A stretch of 63,625 bases of DNA, counting the filler, from Octopus bimaculoides (taxonomy: Eukaryota), in NCBI RefSeq assembly GCF_001194135.2. It is 7 parts of 5 records of this genome, joined end to end, with 100 filler letters (N's around TTAATTAATTAA, not from the genome) between each part and the next. Parts side by side here need not be neighbours in the genome. Positions count along the whole stretch, not along the records: positions 40,931 to 52,701 come from NC_068983.1; positions 52,802 to 59,637 come from NC_068983.1; positions 59,738 to 62,278 come from NC_069008.1; positions 62,379 to 63,625 come from NC_068987.1; 3 more parts are not named here. One strand, given 5' to 3'. The notes below the pieces were generated by a model. That model was not told where the DNA came from and made no database searches. It saw only the letters and a list, made by a program, of their open reading frames with translations. Position numbers and translations under genes: made by a program. Shown here piece by piece: positions 52,427 to 63,625 of the stretch. Within the stretch, counting starts at the first letter, position 1; every line of letters starts with the position of its first letter.

Positions 52427-52663
52427 CCCAAATTTCCCAGCATTAATTCCAAATAACATCAGATTCTTTAATTTACGAGATAAAGTAAATGGTTGATCGT
52501 AATCAAAATTCAGAGTTGTATCGATACACCAAAGTTGAAAGCAATCTCAGCAAAATTAAAGGGGCTCATTTTGCGAATGAAAAGACTAGATCCGGCCGAC
52601 CAAAGACTTGTGAGTGGATATGGTAGACGGAAACTGAAAGAAACCCGTCGTGTGTGTATATGC

Positions 52664-52696
<33 letters not shown>

Positions 52697-52929
52697 TATA
52701 TNNNNNNNNNNNNNNNNNNNNNNNNNNNNNNNNNNNNNNNNNNNNTTAATTAATTAANNNNNNNNNNNNNNNNNNNNNNNNNNNNNNNNNNNNNNNNNNN
52801 NAAACGTTCACAAGTAAAAATTAACAACGCGTGGACGTGGTACATGCAAAGTATTAGCAAACGCTCACACACACACACACACATATATACTCCTGAATCA
52901 ATCTCTCTATGTATCTACTTATCTCTCTA

Positions 52930-53004
<75 letters not shown>

Positions 53005-54055
53005 CACACACACGTACATAAACACATGCATGTACATACATAGTCATATATACACAGATATATCTATGTATACATGCCCTACACACACACACACCCACCC
53101 ACGCATATATGTACACACACACACATAGTACATACACACATATATGCAAACACTCATATATTGCTTATCAAATCACTCAAAATTGTAGAAATTTCATTTC
53201 ATTTCTGTCTCAATTATTATTGAAATTTATGACATGGATCTGTAAGAATTCACTGGAATCTTAGAGTAGTCAAACGACAAACTGCCGCCTATAGACCAGC
53301 CATCAGTATTGATCCATCATGTTATAGTTACACTTTACACTCTGCTTAATTCATCATTGACATAATAACTGCTGTAAGTCAATTGAAATGCTTGTCTAAG
53401 TAGAATTTTTGCTCACCAACTTTTGTGTTGGTTACAGCAATCATGTTTATCACCCATCTCTTTTTCATTATCTCTGTCTGTTTGTCTTTCTGTATCTCTC
53501 GCTCTCTCTTTCGTTTTATCTCTCTTACACTCTTTCACTTTCCCTCTCTTTCTTTCTTTCTCTCTCTCTCTCTCTCTCTCCCTCTCTTACACATATGTAC
53601 ATACATGCATATATACATACATGCATCCATGCATCCAGGCATCCATTCACCCACTCATTCCTACACACAAACACACACATACATACTGTATATATATNNN
53701 NNNNNNNNNNNNNNNNNNNNNNNNNNNNNNNNNNNNNNNNNNNNNNNNNNNNNNNNNNNNNNNNNNNNNNNNNNNNNNNNNNNNNNNNNNNNNNNNNNNN
53801 NNNNNNNNNNNNNNNNNNNNNNNNNNNNNNNNNNNNNNNNNNNNNNNNNNNNNNNNNNNNNNNNNNNNNNNNNNNNNNNNNNNNNNNNNNNNNNNNNNNN
53901 NNNNNNNNNNNNNNNNNNNNNNNNNNNNNNNNNNNNNNNNNNNNNNNNNNNNNNNNNNNNNNNNNNNNNNNNNNNNNNNNNNNNNNNNNNNNNNNNNNNN
54001 NNNNNNNNNNNNNNNNNNNNNNNNNNNNNNNNNNNNNNNNNNNNNNNNNNNNNNN

Positions 54056-54090
<35 letters not shown>

Positions 54091-54689
54091 ATATCTATCT
54101 ATATGTATGTGTATATATAGATACATTCACACAGATATATTCACATAGATACATTCAACACTTTAATGTTTGTGTATATATATGTATACACACACACACA
54201 CACATGACAGGCTTCTTTCAGTTTCCATCTAGCAACTCCACTCACAAGGCTTTCATTGGCCTGAGACTACAGTAGAAGACACTTGCCCAAGGTGCCATGC
54301 AGTGGGACTGAACCCAGAACCATACATACCCCCCATACACACACACATATACATCACATATACTTTTACATACATATACATACATACATATACACACACA
54401 TATATACAGAGAGAGAGAGAGAGAGAAAGAGAAAGTGGGAGAGAGAGAGGGAGTAATAGGGAGAGTCAGACAGATAGACAGACTGACATACTGAGAGATA
54501 TGGAGGCCTCAGTGTGTTTCTGAGTGCTGTAACATTCTTGATAATGCTATAAATGCAGTAAAAAAGAACTTACACATTTGGTAGAGTAGAAGTTTAATAC
54601 AGTTTAATACAGGGTTATTCAAAAAAGAATGAGCTGATTTCATTATGCAATCTCCTAATATAATAATGAGCGTAGTGTTTTTATGTATT

Positions 54690-54752
<63 letters not shown>

Positions 54753-55282
54753 TGGTGTGTGTTCAAAATCAGACTACAAATAGCATAGAGTAGGAAAAAG
54801 AGTAGTATAAGTGAGGGGAAAGGAAAGAAAATAGTAATTCAGTGAAGGAGAAGTAGTGAGAGTAATAGCCCTGACTGCGAGAGAGTGAGAGAAAGTAATA
54901 GCAAGGAGAGAAAGGAAGTGGCAAAGAGTGCATCGTTTATCTTCTATTTTTCTCTGTTACAACGTATGAATGAGAAAGGAAGGGGTGATAGATGAATAAC
55001 GAAGGAAGGGGTGAAAAAATAATCAGCATTTCAACTCTGTGTGAGTTTATGTGTGTGTATGTAAGAGGGAGGTTTGTGTGTGTGTGTGTGTGTGTGTGCG
55101 TGTGTGTGTGCAATGGAAATGGGATGGTGAACGTTCAGTGCTGAAAAGAAAAATTAAACAGTATTCCAACTCTGTGTGAGTATAGATGTGTATGTGTGTA
55201 CATGTACAAGGGAAGTATGTGAATGTGTGTATCTTTGATTATTATGGACCTTATCTTATACTTTATTTATATGTAAAATAGT

Positions 55283-55670
55283 GGAAGTGCAATGGACCGT
55301 TGGTTAGGGCAGCGGACTCGCAGTCATAGGATCACAGTTTCGATTCCCAGACCGGGTGTTGTTAGTGTTTATTGAGCGAAAACACCTAAAGCTCCACAAG
55401 GTTCCGGCAGGGGATGGTGGCGAACCCTGCTGTACTCTTCCACCACAATTTTCTCTCACTATTACTTCCTGTTTCTGTTGTGCCTGTAATTCAAAAGGGT
55501 CAGCCTTGTCACTCTGTGTCATGCTGAATATCCCCGAGAACTGCGTTAAGGGTACACGTGTCCGTGGAGTGTTCAGCCACTTGCACCTTAATTTCACGAG
55601 CAGGCTGTTCCTTTGATCGGATCAACTGGAACCCTCAACGTCGTAAGCAACAGAGTGCCAACAACATATG
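55283..55670 (+). mobile_element. tRNA-derived SINE (family D)
   Basis: tggttagggcagcggactc A-box region and ttcgattcc B box. Confidence 0.6.
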
Positions 55671-55705
55671 TAAAATACTACAATTAGCCACCATTTTTGG
55701 TGGCA

Positions 55706-56478
55706 CAGGGTCAGCTAGTATTTTAATAAGGAAAAGCAATAGAAAACTCCAGCTAAGTCATAAGTATTTACCCACAGCCAACTTTTATTTCCTGTCTTAC
55801 AAGTATTCAATGTGGCCACCACCTACAGCATGGGTAACATTAAGGTGATAAGAGAATTCCTCCCAGACGAGGTGGCGAGCTGGCAGAAACATTAGCATGC
55901 CGGGCGAAATGCTTAGCGGTATTTCGTCTGCTGTTATGTTCTGAGTTCAAATTCTGCCGAGGTCGACTTTGCCTTACATCCTTTCGGGGGTCGATAAATT
56001 AAGTACCAGTTACGCACTGGGGTCAATGTAATCGACTTAATCTCCTTGTCTGTCCTTGTTTGTCCCCTCTATGTTTAACCTCTTGTGGGCAATAAAGAAA
56101 TAAGAATTCCTCCCAGACATGTATCAGCATATCAAAAGCAATTTCATTATGGAACTATAGAATAAATTTTCTTTGTTTGAGGTGATTCCAGAAGAGATTG
56201 ACATAGAAGGGAAATGGAAAAACTTCGATAAATCCATTTAACCAGAAAACCAAAAAAGTACTCAGTGGATTGTGATATAGTGATATGCCTGGGAGGAATT
56301 CTCTTATCGCATTGATGTTGGCCATACTGCAGGTGGTGACTGTATTGAACACTTGTAAGACAGGAAATAAAAGTTGATTGTGAGTAAATACTTGGGACTC
56401 AGCTGGAGTTTTCTATTGTTTTTCCTTATTAAAAATATTGCGTTATAAAATCGGTTCATTCTTTTTGAATAACCCTGT
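55706..56478. mobile_element. Foldback MITE with about 150-bp inverted arms, interrupted by a SINE
   Basis: 55719-55868 is inverted at 56285-56437; CAGGGT-type ends. Confidence 0.65.
55869..56102 (+). mobile_element. SINE family B with 16-bp target-site duplication
   Basis: TSD AGAATTCCTCCCAGAC at 55853-55868 and 56103-56118. Confidence 0.85.
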
Positions 56479-56774
56479 ACAGTGTTATATTTCCAGCCAA
56501 CAGCATTTCATTATTCAAAGTTCCATGTGTTTGTTGCTTGACAATCCTCAGCTAGAGCTGGCTGGTGGAAAGAATACTTCTCTCAAATAAGTGTGTATTA
56601 GCTTAGTTGTTTTGTTGACTAGCAGTTTGTTTTGTATCCAATTCTATGGATTTCCAGTTATCGTTATCAGACACCTCAATGACCACAGATGTTCCTGGCT
56701 CTTAGAATCACTTCATAATGAACCTCTCAGTGTGGAGGAAAGTGACTGTCCACAATTCACTACATTTACTAGAT

Positions 56775-57265
56775 CCATCTATCTATCCAACAATCCATCC
56801 ATCTATCCACCCATCTATCAATCCATCCATCCTTCCATCCATCTACCCACACATCCCTCCATCCATCTATCCATCTAACCACCCACCAATCCATCCATCT
56901 TTCTATCTATGCATCTACCCATCCATCCACCCATCCATCCATCCATCCATCCATCCACCCATCTATCAACCCATCCATCCTTCCATCCATCTACCCACAC
57001 ATCCCTCCATCCATCTATCCATCTAACCACCCACCAATCCATCNNNNNNNNNNNNNNNTCCACCCATCCATCCATCCATCCACCCATCTATCAACCCATC
57101 CATCCTTCCATCCATCTACCCACACATCCCTCCATCCATCTATCCATCTAACCACCCACCAATCCATCCATCCATCTTTCTATCTATGCATCTACCCATC
57201 CATCCACCCATTCATCCATCCATCTACCCATCCATCCATCCATCCATCCATCCATCCATCCATCC
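56775..57265. repeat. (CCAT)n degenerate microsatellite with longer repeated blocks
   Basis: Direct inspection; a block of about 150 bp recurs, once across a short gap. Confidence 0.85.
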
Positions 57266-57299
57266 TTTCTGCTCACCATCCCTGGGAAGGTTATGGGCA

Positions 57300-57980
57300 G
57301 AGCTGTCAGGCACCTAAGGTTCTATCAAAAGCACCAATCATCAGACTTTCTGGATGCCTTTCCAAGCATGACTAACCAAGACTATGGCTATTATCCACCT
57401 ACCTCATCCTTGGTTTACCTCTGGCTCTCCTAACACTTGGTTCTACTTGAAGAATCTATCTTGTGATTCTCTCCTGTGAACATTCTAATCACATGTTCAT
57501 AGCATTGAAGTAGGTGGTGTCTTAAAGTGGAGAAATAGTGGCTCAACCTGGAGAGACTGTCTGATTTCCAAATTAAACACCCTGTCAAGTAACATTACTC
57601 AAGAGATCCATCAGTGGATCACCCTTTCAACTGCTTGTATTTGCAATGATACGCTTTTAGTCATTACTCAGCATTCAAGACCATTGATGGGGATAAGTAC
57701 GAAAAACTAAACTGAAGGTAGCAAGTTTTTTTTTTTTTTCTCTAACCTGTCTGGTGCTGAGGATTGAATGCTGGAACTGGTGCGTTACTGTGCCAGAAGC
57801 TGCAATGCAAGCATCTAATTCAGCTTCCTTACGTCTCACTTGTGAATATGACCCTGAGACACTTAAACTTTTCCACTTGCTCCAGTGATGTTCAACAAAC
57901 AAGTAGATTCATTCCTTACACAAATTCCTTAGTGACATACTCCAAAAGCCCTTTGTCTTATTTTCACCTCCATGCTTAAC
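57300..57980 (-). mobile_element. Old RTE LINE 3' fragment
   Basis: EQVEKFKCLRVIFTS...ELDACIAASG; LLQCYEHVIRM; RGKPRMR. Confidence 0.6.
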
Positions 57981-58000
57981 CTCTTTCAGAAAATATCCAT

Positions 58001-58260
58001 CTGCACACCTACTGAGTCATCTGCACACCTGCTGGGTCATCTGTACACCTACTGGGTCATCTGCACACCTACTGGGTCATCTGCACACCTACTGGGTCAT
58101 CTGCACACCTACTGGGTCATCTGCACACCTACTGGGTCATCTGCACACTTACTGGGTCCTGCACACCTACTGGGTCATCTGCACACTTACTGAGTCCTGC
58201 ACACCTACTGGGTCATCTGCACACTTACTGAGTCCTGCACACCTACTGGGTCATCTGCAC
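58001..58260. repeat. 20-bp minisatellite CTGCACACCTACTGGGTCAT, about 13 units
   Basis: Seven 20-mers followed by alternating 18/20-mers. Confidence 0.95.
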
Positions 58261-58431
58261 GGTGTCTTAACATGATAACCCACCTCACTCCTACATACTA
58301 GATATAACTCCACTTTCCACACCTCCTATGTGCAAAATTAGCATTTACTTTCTTTGTTAATTCAATGGAAAATATATGAATACCATGAAAGCATCTTTCA
58401 TGTCTTAAATCGTAAGTTTTTCTTAATTCCT

Positions 58432-59034
58432 CTTTACTCTTTTAGTTGTTTCTGTCATTTGACTGTGGCCACGCTGGAGCACCGCCTTTAGTCAAGCAAA
58501 TCGACCCCAGGACTTATTCTTTGGAAGCCTAGTACTTATTCTATTGGTCTCTTATGCTGAACTGCTAAGTTACGGAGACGTAAATTAGCCAGCATCAGTT
58601 GTCAAGATATGTTGAAGGGTTAAACACAGACACNNNNNNNNNNNNNNNNNNNNNNNNNNNNNNNNNNNNNNNNNNNNNNNNNNNNNNNNNNNNNNNNNNN
58701 NNNNNNNNNNNNNNNNNNNNNNNNNNNNNNNNNNNNNNNNNNNNNNNNNNNNNNNNNNNNNNNNNNNNNNNNNNNNNNNNNNNNNNNNNNNNNNNNNNNN
58801 NNNNNNNNNNNNNNNNNNNNNNNNNNNNNNNNNNNNNNNNNNNNNNNNNNNNNNNNNNNNNNNNNNATATATATATACATATATACGACGGGCTTCTTTC
58901 AGTTTACGTCTACCAAATCCACTCACAAGGCTTTGGTCGGCCCGAGGCTATAGTAGAAGACACTTGCCCAAGGTGCCATGCAATGGGACTGAACCCGGAA
59001 CCATGTGGTTGGTAAGCAAGCTACTTACCACACA
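58432..59034 (-). mobile_element. SINE family A spanning a gap
   Basis: Reverse complement of the family consensus. Confidence 0.8.
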
Positions 59035-59084
59035 CATTCTCTTTTAAATAAATATATATCCATTTCACTAAACTTGTATTTTTA

Positions 59085-59304
59085 TGAGGAGGGTACTAAA
59101 AAGTTCCTGACTTTAAGGGTACCATAAAAGGTCTGGTTGGAGGCCCAATCTTCTGAGTTCTTTTATAGGGCTTAGAAAAACTGAAAGAGCACTGCTATTA
59201 GTGTGTGAATCTGAGAGGGCAATATTTAAAATAAAACCATAATTATCTGATCCTCCTGTATTTTCTATTACCCAAAGCCAGGAACTTTTCAGCACCCACC
59301 CCTG
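59085..59304. mobile_element. Mariner-type MITE (about 220 bp)
   Basis: Imperfect TIRs gagggtactaaaaagttcctgacttt / aaagccaggaacttttcagcaccc with TA flanks. Confidence 0.65.
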
Positions 59305-60367
59305 TACAAATCAATGAAGGAGCCACTAAGTAATTGTTGGGTCTGCTAGAAATAGCAGCAAAATGCTATTAAAAACCACACTCTACATGTCAATGTGCCT
59401 TACCATAGAAAGGACACACTGGGTATTATATTTCTGGTTACATTGTGTAACACATGCATAAAAAAAAACAAACAAACAAAAAAAAAAAAAATGGAAAACA
59501 GCCTTCTCTAAAACACTTTGATCAAATGTCTTCCATGCTCAGGGGAAACATCATATAAACATTACAATGATGACGACGACCACCACCACCATCACTGCCA
59601 CTAACGTTGCCACCACCACAATCACTACCACGCCCCCNNNNNNNNNNNNNNNNNNNNNNNNNNNNNNNNNNNNNNNNNNNNTTAATTAATTAANNNNNNN
59701 NNNNNNNNNNNNNNNNNNNNNNNNNNNNNNNNNNNNNGGGGGGGGGGGGCGTTAGACAAGAACGAGAGGAAAATAGTGAACGTTGGGAGAAATATTTTGT
59801 TGGAATATATGTGTATATGTATACGTAATAACAGTAGAAAGAGAAAAAAAAAGCTGTTCCCACCAGAGAACAATAGCGACACACAGACAGACAACGAACA
59901 ACATTCTCACACCACTCTTACTACTAATCACCACTGCTAACAGTTCATTCAGTCACTCTTTATGTCGGTCCTCAAGACCACCGAAAGCAATATGGAAATA
60001 AACATGTCTTATTCAACCAGCACATAATCTAGCTAAGAAAAATGACAATGTTATCAATGGTGGTTTGTCGGAAGGTTGTCGTTTTATTGGGTTTTTTCTT
60101 CCGGTTTTCCCGTAACTGCTTTTAATGAAGTACCATTTGAATTTCGAAATTTTGAAGCTGCTAAAAAATACATCCTCTTCGCCAGTTTCTCGAAAGATTC
60201 TCAAAGTTTTCTTTCCTAACACTCAGGCGTTTAAAATCATATTTGAATTTCACCTTATACCTCGGTGGTCTTGCGGATAAAGGCATATGTAGACACCAAT
60301 AACATCCTGGGCAGGGTTCAATATCACCCAGGGCCTGCACTAAGGGGTCTTACGAAAATTTTTTATA

Positions 60368-60532
60368 GGCGCAGGAGTGGTTGTGTGGTAAGTAGCTTGC
60401 TTACCGACCACATGGTTCCGGGTTCAGTCCCACTGCGTGGCATCTTGGGCAAGTGTCTTCTACTATAGCCTCGGGCCGACCAAAGCCTTGTGACTGGATT
60501 TGGTAGACGGAAACTGAAAGAAGCTCGTCGTA

Positions 60533-60569
<37 letters not shown>

Positions 60570-60780
60570 ATGTGTGTGTTTGTGTGTCTGTGTTTGTCCC
60601 CCTAGCATTGCTTGACAACCGATGCTGGTGTGTTTATGTCCCCGTCACTTAGCGGTTCGGCAAAAAAAACCGATAGTACTAAGCTTACAAAGAATAAGTC
60701 CCTGGGTCGATTTGCTCGACTAAAGGTGGTGCTCCAGCATGGCCGCAGTCAAAAGACTGAAACAAGTAAAAGAGTAAAAT
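60368..60780 (+). mobile_element. SINE family A, near-consensus full length
   Basis: ggcgcaggagtgg...tggtaagtagc, ggttcagtcc B box, internal TA/GT microsatellite, aagtaaaagagtaaaa tail. Confidence 0.85.
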
Positions 60781-61394
60781 AATATATANNNNNNNNNNAC
60801 GTATGCATTATCGGTTGCACGTACATAGAATATGTATTGTTTTCACGCACCAATTTCCTGCTGCCTGGCGTCCTGGGGCTGTTGCGCCACGTCACAGCAA
60901 ACTAATCAACAACTGTCTTTTACTACGGGATATTAATAGGAGCAAGGGAAATAACTCTGCAAATATACTTTTGTAGTTATTTCCCTTTAGCAACTAACTA
61001 CTTCGTGTACAAAAACACACACGCACACAAATAAACAACAAAAGACGTGCACACATACTTGTGTATGTGAGTGTGTGTGTATGTGCGCGTGTATGTGTGT
61101 GTATACCAGAGGTAGAGTAATTTGCTTTAATAAAAAGAAGCAAATAGATAATAAAAACTGTTCCTCAGAGTCTCGCGTTCCCGTTCGTCGGAAAGTTTTG
61201 CTTAGAATGGAACAAAAATAAGGTTATAAGCAAACATATACAAGTAGTTTAATGGATAAATATTTGAAAAATGGTTTTGTTTCATTTGTCCTTCCAGCTA
61301 ACAATCTTTACAACGACCGGTTACATGCAATGAACAAAATTTCGATATAAAATCATCTTATTATAAAATCGAAGAAAACCTTAAATCTAAAATG

Positions 61395-61541
61395 CGTTAG
61401 GAAGGGCATCCAGCTGTAGAAACCTTACCAGATCAGAGTGGAGCCTGGTGCAGCTTCCCGGCTTCTCAGACCTCAGTCAAACCGCCCAACCCATGCCAGC
61501 ATGGAAAGGGAACGTTAAACGACGACGATATGATAATGATG

Positions 61542-61545
<4 letters not shown>
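61395..61545 (+). mobile_element. RTE 3' tail
   Basis: gcgttaggaagggcatccagctgtagaaacc...gttaaacgacgacgat. Confidence 0.75.
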
Positions 61546-61573
<28 letters not shown>

Positions 61574-62227
61574 CTATCTGTTTATGTATATATGTGTGTA
61601 TGTGAGCGTGTGCATATATATGTGCATATACGTATGTGTGTGTATATCTACTTATGTGTGTCCGTGTCTGTGTGTGTGTGTGTGCGTGCGTGTGCGTGTG
61701 CGTGAGCGTGTCTGTATCTGTTGGGGTGGGGGCATTTGTTTGCCAGAGACTAAAATAAAATAGATAGATAGATAGATAGATGGGGAGAGAAGGAGTGGGG
61801 TTGAAAGAGGGCGGGAAGGAGGGAAGAGTGAGATAGATAGATTGATAGAGAGAGGGAAAGAGAGAGAGAGAAAGAGAGAGGGAGGGAGGGGGACAGACAG
61901 AGAGACAGACGAATAGATATAAACAGAAAGAAAAAAGAAAGAGAGAAAGGACAAGAGATAATAAGTATGTGTGTGTGTGTGGTGGCGTGTTGGGGGTGAA
62001 TGTGAAAGTTGTCATATCCAAGAAGAGGGACCCCAAAATAAAGGGGTCAGAAGGTACTAATAGAGATCCTACTGTGACCCTTCCCGAAAAGGCCTCAAGC
62101 TACACAAACTTGTGTCTATCTTTATGGTCAATGCACAAAGATCTGTCAGATTGGGACACAAGAACTGTCACGTCTAAGGCATACACATATATACACACAC
62201 ATATAAATAATTACATGCATATTTATA

Positions 62228-62278
<51 letters not shown>

Positions 62279-63625
62279 NNNNNNNNNNNNNNNNNNNNNN
62301 NNNNNNNNNNNNNNNNNNNNNNTTAATTAATTAANNNNNNNNNNNNNNNNNNNNNNNNNNNNNNNNNNNNNNNNNNNNTAACGTTCAGGAAGGGTGGAAA
62401 GAATAGTAGTTTTTTTTTTTTTACTTTTGAATCATAGTTATTCGTCAGAAAGGAAAAGTCCAAAAAAAGAAAAAGAAAACATTTTATTCAGTGCACCCTT
62501 GCACTCGCTATTCATTACACGCTGGGAAAAAAACTCATGTCACCCTAGGTACGAGACCACCACATTATGTGATTTCGTTGTTATTTGATCGCTTCAGTGG
62601 TGTGCAGTCTTTCGCCAGGCATGGTATTAGAATGATCTCGCATGCAAGATATATAAAAATACAGTTTCATACAATTACTGATCAAGTAACTAGCAAACTA
62701 GTCTGACAAATACTCTGTTCGAAATAGAACCGGTATACTTACAGAGATCTTTGTTTAGTGGCCTTGTATAAATGAATGTTTAAAAAACACTGATCTCAAT
62801 ATAAGCAGTTAGAAAATAAAAGGAACACAGCACTAATCTCACAAAATAACTCTCAAGTATCACTGGTGTAACTTCCTCCTGCCTGTATCTGCGTGGATGC
62901 CTGACTTGCGACGACTAGCAATAAAAGCAGTCCCAAATCAGCTGTCAAACTATAGCCATTGTCTAATTTGTACCTGGTTACTTCCCTTAACATTGTTCCG
63001 CATGACCTATATAGGCGCTGGAGTGTCTCTGTAATAAGACGTTTGCTTCTAATCACATAGTTCCGCTTCGGTCTCATTATGTGGCACGTTGGGCATGCAT
63101 CCTCTACTGTACAGCCTCGGGCTACCAAAAACCTCTTGAGATGAATTGGTACAACAAAACTGAAAGAAGCCCAAGGATTAATCTTCTCTCTTCGCTCCTT
63201 TGCGCCACATGGGCTCAACTCCCGTCCCCTCTTCATCTAACCCCCTCCCTGTGCCTCTATCTCCCCTCCGCCCTCCCTCCTACTTCCTACCACCAATCCC
63301 CCTCCTCTCCCACCTCTCCTCTCCTGCTCCGACATCTACTTCTCTGTACTTCTCTTCACTCCTGCTTCTCTTCACCCCTACTCTTTCTCTCTTCTCTCTT
63401 ATTCTCTCTCTTCCTCTCTTCCTCTCTCTTCTCTCTTACTCTCTTCTCTGTTACTTTCTGTCTCTCTCTTTTACTCTCTTACTCTCTTCCTCTCTTTCTC
63501 TCTCCTCGCTATCTCCCTCCTCCCATACCCACCTTCCCCCCACTTATAGCCACCTTCCCCTTCCCCCTTCATCGTCACCCCCTCTCCTTCATCGTCAACC
63601 CTCCCTCATAGGCTCATCCCAACAC

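Noticed and set aside
9618-60780. tRNA genes suggested by A/B boxes
   Set aside because: No complete cloverleaf; all continue into SINE bodies found in many copies
61165-61195. Degenerate hammerhead-like motif (CCGACGA...GAGA) on the minus strand
   Set aside because: Core nucleotides are mutated and the stems are not supportable
799-62334. Numerous long ORFs rich in YI/CV/TH/ER/X
   Set aside because: They are translations of (TA)n, (CA)n and (GA)n microsatellites and N gaps

Overview
This is eukaryotic, AT-rich, microsatellite-dense genomic DNA with many N gaps. The tRNA-derived SINEs, RTE LINE tails ending in (GAT)n and abundant TA/CA repeats suggest an octopus (cephalopod) assembly; this is inferred from repeat content only. 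Six artificial N44-TTAATTAATTAA-N44 linkers split the window into seven separately assembled blocks. Nearly all supplied ORFs come from microsatellites or gaps. The key feature lies on the minus strand at 14-16949: 15 tandem, symmetric micro-exons (14 of 42 nt, one of 39 nt), each with an intact AG acceptor and GT donor. Read in phase 1, they encode a 14-aa Ser/Pro/Thr-rich repeat with consensus ASSPPPPYSASIPT. Six copies carry a canonical PPxY motif, which is also the extensin-like Ser-Pro4-Tyr pattern. The array appears to have grown by nested duplication of exon + intron + RTE-fragment cassettes and probably continues past the left edge. The host gene's other exons were not confidently found. 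The rest of the window is decayed TEs (RTE, L1/Tx1-like, mariner, maT-like DD37D, Tc1-like DD35E, MITEs, SINEs), several strong hairpins and a 20-bp minisatellite.
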